DNA of 64,000 bases from Candidatus Omnitrophota bacterium (GTDB lineage Bacteria > Omnitrophota > Gorgyraeia > Zapsychrales > Fredricksoniimonadaceae), in contig JAGWKL010000007.1 in NCBI GenBank assembly GCA_028865345.1, forward strand, positions 6,089-70,088, given 5' to 3'. The notes beneath the pieces are model-generated. The model had not been told where the DNA came from, did no database searches, and worked only from the letters and a program-made list of their open reading frames with translations. A program made the translations under genes and the position numbers. Below, piece after piece: positions 27,316 through 37,217 of this stretch. How positions within the stretch are numbered: the first letter of the stretch is position 1; every line of letters begins with the position of its first letter.

Positions 27316-28410
27316 TTAGAGTCTCATCGGGAGGGCTAAATACAAATACTCTTTGAGCCGCAGCACGCAGGGCTTGTCGGGTCCCAAAAACTCCATCGGC
27401 ACATATTCATCATTGATATTTTTAAGTACGTCGATAAAAAATTGCGGGTTGAAGCCCACGATCAATTCCTGGTGGCCGTATTCAACGGACACTTCTTCCC
27501 GTGATTCACCCACATCCGGCGTTATTTTGGAAATCACCAGCTTGTCCTTGAAAAGTTCGAATTTAATGGCCTGGAAATCGGGAGTGGAAAGCAGGTTAGC
27601 CCGCCGTATCGCGGCCAAAAGATCCTGGGTCCTGACCTTGGCTTTGGTATTGATCTCCTTGGGGATGACCTGCTTATAATTAGGGAATTCCCCTTCGATA
27701 ACACGGGTGGCGATCAAAACACCGTCGATATCGAACAAAACTTGGGTCGCGCCGTAAGTAATGCTGACCTGACCTTCTTCTTTCAGGTTCCGGTTGATTT
27801 CATTGACGGCTTTGATGGGAACAATAATATGAAAATCTTTGGATGTGGGATGCACCAATTTCTTTTCCATTTTGGCCAGGCGCCTGCCGTCGGTGGCCAC
27901 CATGCGTACCAAGTCCCCCGCCACTTCCAGCAAAAGACCGTTCAACACATACCGCGATTCCTCGTACGAAACCGCAAAATGCGTCAACCCGATCATTTCT
28001 TTAAGATCTTTTTGATTGATCAAAACAGCGTCTTTATCTTTAAATTCCGGAAATTTCGGAAATTCCTCTTTAGGCAGGCCGTTAAGTTTAAACCGGCAAT
28101 TAAGACCCTCGATATCGATTTGATTGTTCTTGCGCGCCGTGATCACCACCTCCCCGTTCGGTAATTCACGAACAATATCGCCCAGGCGCTTGGCAGGAAT
28201 GGTGATGGCGCCTTGTTCATAAACATGCACAGGCAATTCACAGGATATTCCGATATCCAAATCCGTAGTATTTAATTTTAATAAATTCTCTTTTGTTTCT
28301 AAAAGCATATTAGATAATATCGGTAAAGTTGCTTTAGGTGAAACAATATTACTTACCGTTGCAATCGCAGCCTGGAGTTCTTCTTTATTCGTCTTGATTT
28401 TCATATGCAC
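27316..28410 (-). CDS. dnaN: DNA polymerase III beta sliding clamp
   Basis: 364 aa, three-domain clamp pattern, synteny dnaA-dnaN. Confidence 0.9.
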   Translation of the reverse strand: MHMKIKTNKEELQAAIATVSNIVSPKATLPILSNMLLETKENLLKLNTTDLDIGISCELPVHVYEQGAITIPAKRLGDIVRELPNGEVVITARKNNQIDIEGLNCRFKLNGLPKEEFPKFPEFKDKDAVLINQKDLKEMIGLTHFAVSYEESRYVLNGLLLEVAGDLVRMVATDGRRLAKMEKKLVHPTSKDFHIIVPIKAVNEINRNLKEEGQVSITYGATQVLFDIDGVLIATRVIEGEFPNYKQVIPKEINTKAKVRTQDLLAAIRRANLLSTPDFQAIKFELFKDKLVISKITPDVGESREEVSVEYGHQELIVGFNPQFFIDVLKNINDEYVPMEFLGPDKPCVLRLKEYLYLALPMRL

Positions 28411-28576
28411 AACCCTCTATATAGTGCTGTTCGTTTAAAGTTCGCAAACTTAGAAGTAATCATATTAGTTGTTGTGGATAAGTTGGACCAGAAACAAAAT
28501 ATCTAATAATTTCAACAACTTACAATTATTAACACCTGTGGACAACTTTGGGATAATACAAATTATTTATCCACAA
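28411..28576. promoter_or_regulatory. DnaA-box cluster (oriC candidate, dnaA-dnaN spacer)
   Basis: AT-rich. TGTGGATAA (~28473), TGTGGACAA (~28537), TTATCCACA (~28567) are perfect or 1-mismatch DnaA boxes. Confidence 0.45.
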
Positions 28577-29923
28577 TTATGCCGCAAGAATAGCACTTAA
28601 ATGATCAATCCCCTTTTTAACTTCCGGGGCCAAGATTAAACTTTTTTCCATTTTTTTATAAGCATGCAAAACAGTGGTGTGATCTTTGCCGCCAAAAGCA
28701 GCACCGATCTCCGGCAAGGAGTGTGTTGTCAATTTGCGCGTCAGGTACATGGCCACCTGCCGAGGCAAGACTACATTTTTATTGCGTTTTTTATTTTTTA
28801 AATCCGCCAGGGGGATATTGTAGTAAGCGGCCACTTCTTTCTGCACCATGTCCACGCTGATCGTTTTGATCGTTTCTTTGACCATGTCCTTCAACACCTG
28901 TTTGGCCACATTCAAAGAAATCATTTTATCTTCCAGCAACGCGTAAGCGACCACCCTGATCAAGGCCCCTTCCAGCTCGCGGATATTGGTTTTGATTTCC
29001 TGGGCTATAAATAATACCACATCATCAGGGACCGTGACAGACTCAAGCTCCAATTTTTTGCGTAAAATCGCGACCCTGGTTTCATAATCCGGAGGCTGGA
29101 TATCCGTGACCAGGCCCCAGGCAAAACGCGATACCAGGCGTTCTTCCAGGTTGGAAATCTCCTTGGGGGGCCGGTCGGAACAAATGATGATTTGTTTATG
29201 ATGGTCATGCAGGGTGTTGAATGTGTGGAAAAATTCTTCCTGGGTGGACATTTTTCCGGCGATAAAATGAATGTCGTCGATCAAAAGAATGTCGACATTG
29301 CGGTATTTCTGGCGGAAACTTTCAGAAGAATGGTGCCGGATGGAGTTGATCAGTTCGTTGGTGAACTGTTCCGACGACAAATAACAGATCTTAAGGCCGG
29401 GGTTCTTTTTTTGGGCCCCATGGGAGATGGCCTGCAACAGGTGTGTTTTGCCCAGGCCCACGGGGCCGTAAATAAAAAACGGATTGTAGGCCTTGGCCGG
29501 GTTCTCCGCCACGGCCTGGGCCGCCGCAAAGGCAAAACGGTTGCTGTTGCCCACCACGAAATTTTCGAAAAGGAACCGCGGATTTATGTGCAGGTCCGCA
29601 GTCGCAGGCGCGAAAGATTTTTCGATCAGGGTGAGTTTTTGCTGGGTGTTCTTGTTCAGAAGCTGGGAGTTGACGGCAAATTCAATGTTGATCCCCTGCC
29701 CTGCTTCGGTGCGCAGACAGCGTTCAATAATGGCGCGGTAACGCTCGTCGATCCAATTCTTAAAATACTCATCCGGCGCCTGGATTGTCAAGGTGCCGGG
29801 GTTGTTTTCACAAATTTTCAGATGGGAGAACCACGTGTCGTAGGAAGTTTCCCCTATAGCGGCCTTAATGGGATTTTGGGCCTTTTGCCAGACGTCGATC
29901 AGGGTCATTGTGGACGGGGTCAC
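28577..29923 (-). CDS. dnaA: Chromosomal replication initiator DnaA
   Basis: GPVGLGKTHLLQAI Walker A, sensor motifs, C-terminal DNA-binding domain (AFGGKDHTTVLHAYKK). Confidence 0.95.
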   Translation of the reverse strand: MTPSTMTLIDVWQKAQNPIKAAIGETSYDTWFSHLKICENNPGTLTIQAPDEYFKNWIDERYRAIIERCLRTEAGQGINIEFAVNSQLLNKNTQQKLTLIEKSFAPATADLHINPRFLFENFVVGNSNRFAFAAAQAVAENPAKAYNPFFIYGPVGLGKTHLLQAISHGAQKKNPGLKICYLSSEQFTNELINSIRHHSSESFRQKYRNVDILLIDDIHFIAGKMSTQEEFFHTFNTLHDHHKQIIICSDRPPKEISNLEERLVSRFAWGLVTDIQPPDYETRVAILRKKLELESVTVPDDVVLFIAQEIKTNIRELEGALIRVVAYALLEDKMISLNVAKQVLKDMVKETIKTISVDMVQKEVAAYYNIPLADLKNKKRNKNVVLPRQVAMYLTRKLTTHSLPEIGAAFGGKDHTTVLHAYKKMEKSLILAPEVKKGIDHLSAILAA

Positions 29924-30255
29924 AGGTTATTCACAGCTGTGGATTAAAGTTAAAAACAGCCACGCTCGTGGCTGTATTAGACTTTTGTCAAGTTTCGATG
30001 GGCATTATAACAAAGCCGTGTTTGATTGCAACCGTTTTTTCTTAAGCGCAAGTGCCGGAAGGCGTTTTTACCGTCAAAAAACATATTCCCTGTTGTTTTG
30101 TTTGGCGGAGGGTTGACTCTTTTTGTTGACTTGATTCATTCCTGTGTTATAATCTCCGAACTAATATTCCCCTGTCCCTTCGATATCGTAAGGCGGTGTT
30201 GTTGCGAACGGGGTTTTGGCACAGTTCCATCAAATATTTCAGAAAGTAAAGTTTA
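29924..30255. promoter_or_regulatory. dnaA upstream region with DnaA boxes (second oriC/autoregulation candidate)
   Basis: TTATTCACA (29927-35) and TGTGGATTA (29938-46), each one mismatch from consensus. Divergent to rpmH. Confidence 0.35.
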
Positions 30256-30393
30256 ATGAAGAAACATCTAAAAACACCGACCAATATTGTTGGGAAAAAA
30301 AGACACGGATTCCGTAAGCGCATGGCGACTTCCGACGGTAGAAAAGTGCTCAGCCGTCGACGCGCCAAAGGCCGCCGTAAACTTATCCCCTAA
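30256..30393 (+). CDS. rpmH: 50S ribosomal protein L34 (45 aa, not in ORF track)
   Basis: [45 protein letters not shown] hand-translated; hallmark L34 sequence. Confidence 0.85.
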   Translation: MKKHLKTPTNIVGKKRHGFRKRMATSDGRKVLSRRRAKGRRKLIP

Positions 30394-30401
30394 AGATCTC
30401 T

Positions 30402-30623
30402 TTGGCTATCATGGTTAAAAATTTTCTGATTTCAGGCATCAAAGCCTATCAGTGTATAAGCCGTGCTTTTCCATTTAGGAATTGCCGGTTTTACCCCTCA
30501 TGTTCCCAATACGCCATCGAGGCCATCGAGAGCTTCGGCGTCTGGCAGGGAATGAAAAAAGCAGTCCTTCGCCTTTTGCGTTGCTCTCCTGCGACAGACG
30601 GCGGATATGACCCTGTAAGGTAA
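30402..30623 (+). CDS. yidD: Membrane protein insertion efficiency factor YidD
   Basis: YQCISRAFPFRNCRFYPSCSQYAIEAIESFG is the YidD signature. Directly follows rpmH with no rnpA in between. Confidence 0.8.
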   Translation: MAIMVKNFLISGIKAYQCISRAFPFRNCRFYPSCSQYAIEAIESFGVWQGMKKAVLRLLRCSPATDGGYDPVR

Positions 30624-30626
30624 ATC

Positions 30627-32207
30627 ATGGAACGCAATACCCTCTTAGCCATTATTTTATCCGCGGTAATTTTATTTGCTTATCAGGCTTTTTTTGTTCC
30701 ACCCAAGCCAACGACAGTGGTAAACGCACAACTTAGGCAAACAGCCGTTGTCAAAAACACCCCGGAATCACCTTCCCATGTAAAATATTCAGAACCCACA
30801 AAAGCAGTAAAAAAGTCAATAAACTATAAGATAGAAGCCATAAACTCCATATTTTCATACTCAGATGTGGGCGGACTGCTCCACAAAATAGATTTTTTAG
30901 GAAACGTTCCGTTTCCAATTGAAGACGTTGTAACAATTAATGGATTCAACAACGTTTCTTATGATGGGAAAAAGCTGAATGACAAAACGATTTATTTTTC
31001 ATACAAAGGCAGAGAATGGCAGATCGCAAAAACATATTCCATGAAGGACGGTAATTTAATAAATATTAGAATGGAAATTAAAAATGTATCTAAAATTTCC
31101 ATTCTGACAGATTTTGTTATTAAAACTTTTGAAATTAATCAAAGCGACGTATCCCCTAAAGACGGCAGACAAAATGGTTTGAATGAATATTCAATATATG
31201 GGGACAATAAAATCTTATTGCGTAGGGATAACGCGGTTAAATTTAATGATAAAAATGATAATAATGGAACGGCAAAAATTGGTTGGGTTGGATTTAGAGA
31301 TCACTATCAAGCGCTGATCGTTAAGCCTAAGTTTGCTGCAAGTTTTTATAAAATTAAAGCCGTAAATGATAAGCAATTAAACATTTACATAAAACCTAAG
31401 GGTATAAATTTGGCACCTGGGCAAAGCGTGGCCTATGATTTCGATGTTTATGCAGGTCCTCAAAATCCATGGCTCATGAAGAAATACGGGGATGATTTCG
31501 AGAAAATAATAGTCTTTAGCAAATTTTGGTTTTATGAATGGCCGGCTCAATTGATTTACCATTTAATTTATGTTTTTCACGGCATATTTAAAAGCTGGGG
31601 GATAGCCATTATTTTGATGGGAATAACATTTTATGCGGCGGCATACCCATTAACTATGAAAAGCATGGTATCCATGCGAAAAATGCAGGAAATCCAACCC
31701 AAGGTCAAAGCGTTGCAGGAAAAATATAAAAATGATCCCCAAAAGGCACAAGCAGAGATGATGGAGCTTTATCGTCGAGAAAAAATAAACCCAATGAGCG
31801 GATGCCTGCCATTTTTAATTCAAATGCCGTTTTTTTATGCATTGCTTCAAATTATGTGGAGAGCGCAATATTTTCAAGGACAGCATTTTTTATGGATCAA
31901 AGACTTGACCGAACCGGACCGGCTAATAATTTTACCTTTTTCTTTGCCTTTTTTTGGCAACGAAGTTAATATATTACCAATAATAACGGGGATATTATTT
32001 TACGTGCAGCAGGTGATATCCAGTAAGAATACAGTAGCAACCGATGAACAGCAGGTTATGCAGCAGAAGATGATGAGATATTTTTTACCGATCATGATGA
32101 CGGTCATGTTTTATAAATTTGCCAGCGCATGGGCATTATATTTTCTGGTCTACTACACATTTGCAACGATCACGCAATGGAAAATTTCTAAACTGCCCAA
32201 AAAATGA
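30627..32207 (+). CDS. yidC: Membrane protein insertase YidC
   Basis: N-terminal TM, large periplasmic domain, conserved C-terminal 5-TM core (PLTMKSMVSMRKMQEIQPKVKALQEKYKNDPQK..GCLPFLIQMPFFYAL). Confidence 0.9.
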   Translation: MERNTLLAIILSAVILFAYQAFFVPPKPTTVVNAQLRQTAVVKNTPESPSHVKYSEPTKAVKKSINYKIEAINSIFSYSDVGGLLHKIDFLGNVPFPIEDVVTINGFNNVSYDGKKLNDKTIYFSYKGREWQIAKTYSMKDGNLINIRMEIKNVSKISILTDFVIKTFEINQSDVSPKDGRQNGLNEYSIYGDNKILLRRDNAVKFNDKNDNNGTAKIGWVGFRDHYQALIVKPKFAASFYKIKAVNDKQLNIYIKPKGINLAPGQSVAYDFDVYAGPQNPWLMKKYGDDFEKIIVFSKFWFYEWPAQLIYHLIYVFHGIFKSWGIAIILMGITFYAAAYPLTMKSMVSMRKMQEIQPKVKALQEKYKNDPQKAQAEMMELYRREKINPMSGCLPFLIQMPFFYALLQIMWRAQYFQGQHFLWIKDLTEPDRLIILPFSLPFFGNEVNILPIITGILFYVQQVISSKNTVATDEQQVMQQKMMRYFLPIMMTVMFYKFASAWALYFLVYYTFATITQWKISKLPKK

Positions 32208-32395
32208 ATATGAGCAGTAAACCAAAAATAAAAGAATTTGAGGGAAATACCATTGACGAAGCCATTAATAAAGCCGTATTAAAATTAGGAATTCCAAAAG
32301 ACAGGCTGAATATTAAAATAGTTTGTGAAGAAAAACGCGGACTTTTTGGGATGCAGGGGGCTAAAACAGCTAAAATAAAGGTGTCTGTAAAATAA
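32204..32395 (+). CDS. Jag/KhpB N-terminal-domain-only protein (63 aa)
   Basis: Position after yidC and Jag_N-like sequence (EFEGNTIDEAINKAVLKLGIPKDRLNIKIV). Lacks KH/R3H domains. Confidence 0.45.
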   Translation: MNMSSKPKIKEFEGNTIDEAINKAVLKLGIPKDRLNIKIVCEEKRGLFGMQGAKTAKIKVSVK

Positions 32396-32435
32396 TGCCA
32401 GTTTCACGTGGAACTTATTTGGAAGGACAGGCTGT

Positions 32436-33224
32436 ATGGCAAAAACGATAGCTGTTTGTAATCAGAAAGGAGGGACTGGAAAAACCACAACAACGATCAA
32501 TCTTGCGTCAGCGTTGGCCGTTTTAGGAAAGAATGTACTTATCGTTGACATGGATCCTCAGGGAAATGCCGGAAGCGGAGTAGGGGTTAATAAAAACGAG
32601 ATCAAAGATTCCCTATATGATGTGCTCATACACCGCATTTTGATCACGCAGGCTCTTGTAAAAACAAATTTTAGTAAACTCGAAATCATTCCTTGCAATA
32701 TCAATTTGACAGGGGCAGAGATAGAGCTCGTCGGTGTTTTGTCCAGAGAAACCAGGCTAAAAAAAGCATTGGAACCAATTAAAAAGAATTACGATTTTAT
32801 TTTTATAGATTCCCCGCCATCTCTAGGGCTTTTAACATTAAACACTTTAGTCGCTGCTGATTCCATATTAATTCCAATTCAATGTGAATTTTATGCCTTG
32901 GAAGGGGTGTCCCAACTATTAAATACTATTACGCTTGTGAAAGATGGCCTTAATCCTGATCTGCATATTGAAGGGGTATTAATGACCATGGCAGACTTTA
33001 GGACAAATTTAACTAATGAGGTTATAGGTGAAATCAAGAATTATTTTAAAGAAAAAGTTTATAACTCTATTATTCCCAGGAACATAAGATTAAGTGAGGC
33101 CCCAAGCTTCGGTAAGCCTATTAATTTTTATGACAGCGTATCAGCTGGTGCTGTAAAGTACAGAGAATTGGCAGAAGAATTTTTAATAGCCAACGGAAAA
33201 GCACAGCAGCCTACTAGCATTTAA
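32436..33224 (+). CDS. parA: Chromosome partitioning ATPase ParA/Soj
   Basis: IAVCNQKGGTGKTTTTINLA deviant Walker A; synteny with parB. Confidence 0.9.
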   Translation: MAKTIAVCNQKGGTGKTTTTINLASALAVLGKNVLIVDMDPQGNAGSGVGVNKNEIKDSLYDVLIHRILITQALVKTNFSKLEIIPCNINLTGAEIELVGVLSRETRLKKALEPIKKNYDFIFIDSPPSLGLLTLNTLVAADSILIPIQCEFYALEGVSQLLNTITLVKDGLNPDLHIEGVLMTMADFRTNLTNEVIGEIKNYFKEKVYNSIIPRNIRLSEAPSFGKPINFYDSVSAGAVKYRELAEEFLIANGKAQQPTSI

Positions 33225-33286
33225 AAATGTGACAATTGGCCACCATGTTTTTGGCAGTCAAATGGTAACGTTTTTGGAGATTCAGA

Positions 33287-34150
33287 ATGGAAAATAAAGC
33301 CTTAGGAAAGGGATTATCAGCTCTTATATCAAAAAAGCCGTCAATAGACAAGGAAGTTTCCAGTTTGGAAATTAAATCGCAAGACATTGCATATATAGAA
33401 ACAATTTCCATTCTGGATAACAGGTTCCAACCAAGACAAAAATATGACAACGCAAAACAAGAAGAGCTAAAAGCTTCCATAAAAGAAAAAGGCATATTGC
33501 AGCCAATCCTGGTTCGTTCTTATAAAGAAGGATATGAAGTCGTTGCCGGAGAAAGGCGTTTAAAAGCGGCAAAAGCCATTGGTCTTAAACAAGTTCCGGT
33601 AATTATCAAAAACGTTACGGATAGAGAGGCTCTGGTATTGGCTCTGGTAGAAAATATACAGCGAGAAGAATTAAATGCCATAGAGGAAGCGCAGGGGTTT
33701 AAGCGCCTGTTAGAAGAATTTCAATTCACTCAAGAAGCAGTTGCCGAGGCTGTCGGAAAAGACCGTACGACAGTGACAAATTTATTGCGTCTTTTGCGGC
33801 TACCCGAAGAGATCCAAAAACACGTGGCTGATGCCAGACTTTCCATGGGCCATGCCAGGGCCTTGTTGGGCATAGAAGATGCCTCTACGCAGAGAAAAAT
33901 GGCTCAAGTTATTATAAATAAGGGCCTTTCCGTTAGACAGGTTGAAGATCTGGTTAAGAACACCAGACCACAGGGTAAAAAACCGACAGTTAAAATAAAA
34001 AACCGGGACATCGAAATTCTGGAAGAAGAACTTAGAAAGATTTTGGGTACGAAGGTTTTCGTTGAAGACAGGAAGGGCAAGGGGAAGATGGTCATCGAAT
34101 ATTATACATTGGATGATCTGGACCGTATTTTAGGGGTATTACGTAAATGA
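33287..34150 (+). CDS. parB: Chromosome partitioning protein ParB/Spo0J
   Basis: ParB box GERRLKAAK, HTH, C-terminal dimerisation. Confidence 0.9.
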   Translation: MENKALGKGLSALISKKPSIDKEVSSLEIKSQDIAYIETISILDNRFQPRQKYDNAKQEELKASIKEKGILQPILVRSYKEGYEVVAGERRLKAAKAIGLKQVPVIIKNVTDREALVLALVENIQREELNAIEEAQGFKRLLEEFQFTQEAVAEAVGKDRTTVTNLLRLLRLPEEIQKHVADARLSMGHARALLGIEDASTQRKMAQVIINKGLSVRQVEDLVKNTRPQGKKPTVKIKNRDIEILEEELRKILGTKVFVEDRKGKGKMVIEYYTLDDLDRILGVLRK

Positions 34151-34629
34151 GTTTGACGGTCCTCAAGCCGGACACTCGCAGTTGCTCGGAGTCGGCGCTG
34201 GTTTTGATCAAGCCCGACGGCATGCACAAAGGCATTGTTGGAGAGGTGATCGGGGCCTTTTCAGCCGGCGGTTTAAAGTTGATCGGCTTGAAATTGGTGA
34301 AGGTTTCCGGTGCGCTCGCCCGGGCCCATTATAGGCATTTGGCGACGAAGAAATTTTTTAAAGAAATTGTCAGTTACTTAATGGGGGATTTGCACGGCAA
34401 GAATCCCGTCGTGGCAATGGTATATACAGGCAAAGACGCAGTGGCTGCCTGCCGCAGGATCGCCGGAAGCACCAATCCGGAAGAGGCCGATCCGAAATCC
34501 GTGCGGGGGAAATTCGGGCGCGTCACCACCAAGGGAGTTTTTGAAAACCTGGTGCATGTTTCGTCTGACACCAAGGAGGCCCGCCGGGAAATTACGTTGT
34601 GGTTTAAAAAAAGCGAGCTTTTGGCTTAA
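34147..34629 (+). CDS. ndk: Nucleoside diphosphate kinase
   Basis: LVLIKPDG..NxxHxSD-like HVSSD; 160 aa. Confidence 0.8.
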   Translation: MSLTVLKPDTRSCSESALVLIKPDGMHKGIVGEVIGAFSAGGLKLIGLKLVKVSGALARAHYRHLATKKFFKEIVSYLMGDLHGKNPVVAMVYTGKDAVAACRRIAGSTNPEEADPKSVRGKFGRVTTKGVFENLVHVSSDTKEARREITLWFKKSELLA

Positions 34630-34640
34630 GGAAAAAAACT

Positions 34641-35462
34641 ATGATCACAGGCATGACAGGGTTTGGAGCGGGGGAGATCTCTTTCGGTAAAGTCAGGGGG
34701 ATCATCGAGGTCAAAACGGTCAATCACCGTTACCTGGACGTGGCGTTCTATCTTCCGGCCGGGTTCTCGTCGCTGGAAGACAAGATCCAGAAGAACATCG
34801 TCAAAAGCATCAAGCGCGGCAGGGTCACGGTTTCCGTCAAGATCACGGAAAAGCCGCATACGGAAATCACCCTGAACCAACAGGCGGTCAAACGCTATCT
34901 GGACTTTGCGGGTGCCTTAAGCCAAAAGCACCGCTTAAGGAACGATATCGCCGTAGCGGACATCATGAGGCTGCCGGGGGTGGTGGAGGCCAGGGAGGTT
35001 TTTGTCCAGCCGGCGGAGATATGGCCTGTTCTGGAGAGGGCTTTGCAGAAAGCCGTGGCTGAAGTGGCGGCCATGCGTCGGCGGGAAGGCCGGGCCCTGG
35101 GAACCGACATCAGCGGGCTGCTCAAGCGTATGACATTGCAAATAGGGCTCATCAAAAAACGCATTAATGACCTTCTGAAAGAAAGCAAAGATAAAATGAC
35201 GCCGGAAGAATTTTCTTCTTATCAAAAAGGCAATGATATTCACGAAGAGCTTGCCCGGCTGGACCATTATATCGATGAGGCCAAAACGCTTTTAAGGCAG
35301 ACCGAAGGCGCAGGCAAGAAGCTTGATTTCATCGCCCAGGAAATGCAGCGGGAGGCCAACACCGTCGGCTCCAAGGTCCAGGACAAGATCGTGGGGGCTT
35401 CCGTCATTGCCATTAAGGCTAAGGTCGAGAAAATTCGCGAACAGTCCAACAATGTCGAATAG
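34641..35462 (+). CDS. yicC: YicC family stress-induced protein
   Basis: MTGFG start, YicC-like N and C-terminal (DUF1732) pattern; 273 aa. Confidence 0.7.
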   Translation: MITGMTGFGAGEISFGKVRGIIEVKTVNHRYLDVAFYLPAGFSSLEDKIQKNIVKSIKRGRVTVSVKITEKPHTEITLNQQAVKRYLDFAGALSQKHRLRNDIAVADIMRLPGVVEAREVFVQPAEIWPVLERALQKAVAEVAAMRRREGRALGTDISGLLKRMTLQIGLIKKRINDLLKESKDKMTPEEFSSYQKGNDIHEELARLDHYIDEAKTLLRQTEGAGKKLDFIAQEMQREANTVGSKVQDKIVGASVIAIKAKVEKIREQSNNVE

Positions 35463-36093
35463 AATGCCCGCCCTTCCCAAGGCCAAGATCGTCATTATTT
35501 CCGGGCCGTCGGGGTGCGGGAAAACGACCCTGCACAAAGCCCTGCTGGCAAGCCCTGCATTAAAGGGGAAGTTGGTAAAGACCATCTCCGCTACGACCAG
35601 GCAAAAGAGGCCCGGAGAGCGCCATGGCCGGGAATACTTGTTTTTAAGCCCGCAGTCCTTTGAGGAAAAGATCAAGAAGGGATATTTTCTCGAGTGGCAA
35701 AAGGTTTTTGACCATTATTACGGGACACCAAAAAAACGGGCACAGGCGCTGATCAACAAAGGGACCAATGTTCTTTTGTGCATCGATGTCAATGGGGCCA
35801 AGGCCGTGGCTGGGGAGTTTCCGGGACGCGCCTTGAGGATTTTTATCAAACCCCCTTCGATGAAGGTCTTGGCCCACCGGCTTAAGGCCAGAGGGTCTGA
35901 GAGCAGGGAAACCTTGAAGAAACGTTTAAACGTGGCCCGCAGGGAGATGCGGGAAGCCGTGAATTACGACCATGTGATTGTCAACGGTGACTTAAAGAAA
36001 GCTTTGGGGCAATTGAAGAAGATCGTCTGCAGCGAAGTATTGGGTGTCTCAGGGTCCGGGGGCAGGTCTTTGAGTCGGGGGACAGCCACCTGA
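35452..36093 (+). CDS. gmk: Guanylate kinase
   Basis: ISGPSGCGKTTL P-loop and GMP-binding motifs. Start at MSNRMP (35452) or MPALPK (35464). The track ORF from 35323 is an over-extension. Confidence 0.85.
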   Translation: MSNRMPALPKAKIVIISGPSGCGKTTLHKALLASPALKGKLVKTISATTRQKRPGERHGREYLFLSPQSFEEKIKKGYFLEWQKVFDHYYGTPKKRAQALINKGTNVLLCIDVNGAKAVAGEFPGRALRIFIKPPSMKVLAHRLKARGSESRETLKKRLNVARREMREAVNYDHVIVNGDLKKALGQLKKIVCSEVLGVSGSGGRSLSRGTAT

Positions 36094-36219
36094 ATTCCAT
36101 GGACAACATCCGGCGGATATGTTATAAAAATAATTTTCCCGTATCTAAGGGAAAGGCGGGCCTGTCCGCAGACCAGGCGATGTTTTATAAACTTATGAAG
36201 GCATCATTGAGGAGGGGGC

Positions 36220-36471
36220 ATGTATATGTCTTATCAGCCGCTTGAAGAATTATTGCCTAAAGCGGGCAACAGCGTTTACCGCTTGGTACGATTGGCTTCC
36301 GTTCGGGCCACGGAACTGGCGGGCACGGGCGTCAAGTTAGTGAGCGTTCCCGCCGAACAAAAGTTAGCGACGACGGCTCTGGATGAAATCCGCGCCGGTA
36401 AAGTCATAGGAAAAGCGGCCGGCGACCACAAGGAAGGAAAATCCAAAAAGCATGACAAGTCTCAAAACTAA
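36220..36471 (+). CDS. rpoZ: DNA-directed RNA polymerase omega subunit
   Basis: YRLVRLASVRATEL motif; gmk-rpoZ synteny. Confidence 0.8.
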   Translation: MYMSYQPLEELLPKAGNSVYRLVRLASVRATELAGTGVKLVSVPAEQKLATTALDEIRAGKVIGKAAGDHKEGKSKKHDKSQN

Positions 36472-36997
36472 ACATGTTGTGCTGGGGGTTTGCGGCAGCA
36501 TCGCGGCATACAAAGCAGGGGATATCATCCGACGTCTGCAGGAGAGGAATTGCGAAGTAACAGTGATCATGACCTGCGAAGCTTTGCAATTCATAACGCC
36601 CTTGACCCTGGCCACCTTGTCCGGCAAAAATGTTTACAGCGATATGTTTGATAAATATTTCTGGCGCATGGCGCATATCGAACTTTCCCGCGCCGCAGAC
36701 GCGGTGCTTATAGCCCCGGCGACGGCCAACATCATCGGAAAGTTGGCCAACGGACTGGCCGACGACCTTTTGACCACCTTTGTGGTCACCTGCCGTGCTC
36801 CGGTCTTCATTGCTCCGGCGATGAATGATGATATGTACGCCAACGGTATGGTCAGGGACAATTGCGCCAGGCTTAAGAAACACGGCTTTAAATTCATTGA
36901 ACCTGTGAGGGGCAAGCTGGCCTGCGGCGACGTTGGTGTCGGACACCTGGCGGAAGTCGAAACAATCGTCAAAACCATCCTTAAAGAATTCAAATGA
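36452..36997 (+). CDS. coaC: Phosphopantothenoylcysteine decarboxylase (standalone CoaC flavoprotein, 181 aa)
   Basis: HVVLGVCGSIAAYKAGDIIRRLQE..FITPLTLATLSG matches the CoaBC N-terminal flavoprotein domain. No CoaB domain; ORF ends 16 nt before tRNA-Cys. Confidence 0.65.
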   Translation: MTSLKTKHVVLGVCGSIAAYKAGDIIRRLQERNCEVTVIMTCEALQFITPLTLATLSGKNVYSDMFDKYFWRMAHIELSRAADAVLIAPATANIIGKLANGLADDLLTTFVVTCRAPVFIAPAMNDDMYANGMVRDNCARLKKHGFKFIEPVRGKLACGDVGVGHLAEVETIVKTILKEFK

Positions 36998-37013
36998 AAG
37001 CCGGCGCGACACT

Positions 37014-37088
37014 GGCGTGGTAGCCAAGTGGTAAGGCAGTGGTCTGCAAAACCACTATTCAGCGGTTCGATTCCGCTCCACGCCTCCA
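37014..37088 (+). tRNA. tRNA-Cys: tRNA-Cys (GCA), CCA encoded
   Basis: Hand-folded: acceptor GGCGTGG/CCACGCC, anticodon loop CTGCAAA. Confidence 0.75.
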
Positions 37089-37116
37089 GATTTTTAGGAA
37101 AGTGATTTTATGGCAG

Positions 37117-37199
37117 GGGCGGGTGGCGGAACTGGTATACGCGCAGGACTTAAAATCCTGTGGCCGTAAGGTCATGAGGGTTCAATTCCCTCCCCGCCC
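37117..37199 (+). tRNA. tRNA-Leu: tRNA-Leu (TAA), long variable arm
   Basis: Acceptor GGGCGGG/CCCGCCC, anticodon loop CTTAAAA, long variable arm. Confidence 0.7.
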
Positions 37200-37217
37200 A
37201 TAAAAGTGAGATTTTAA

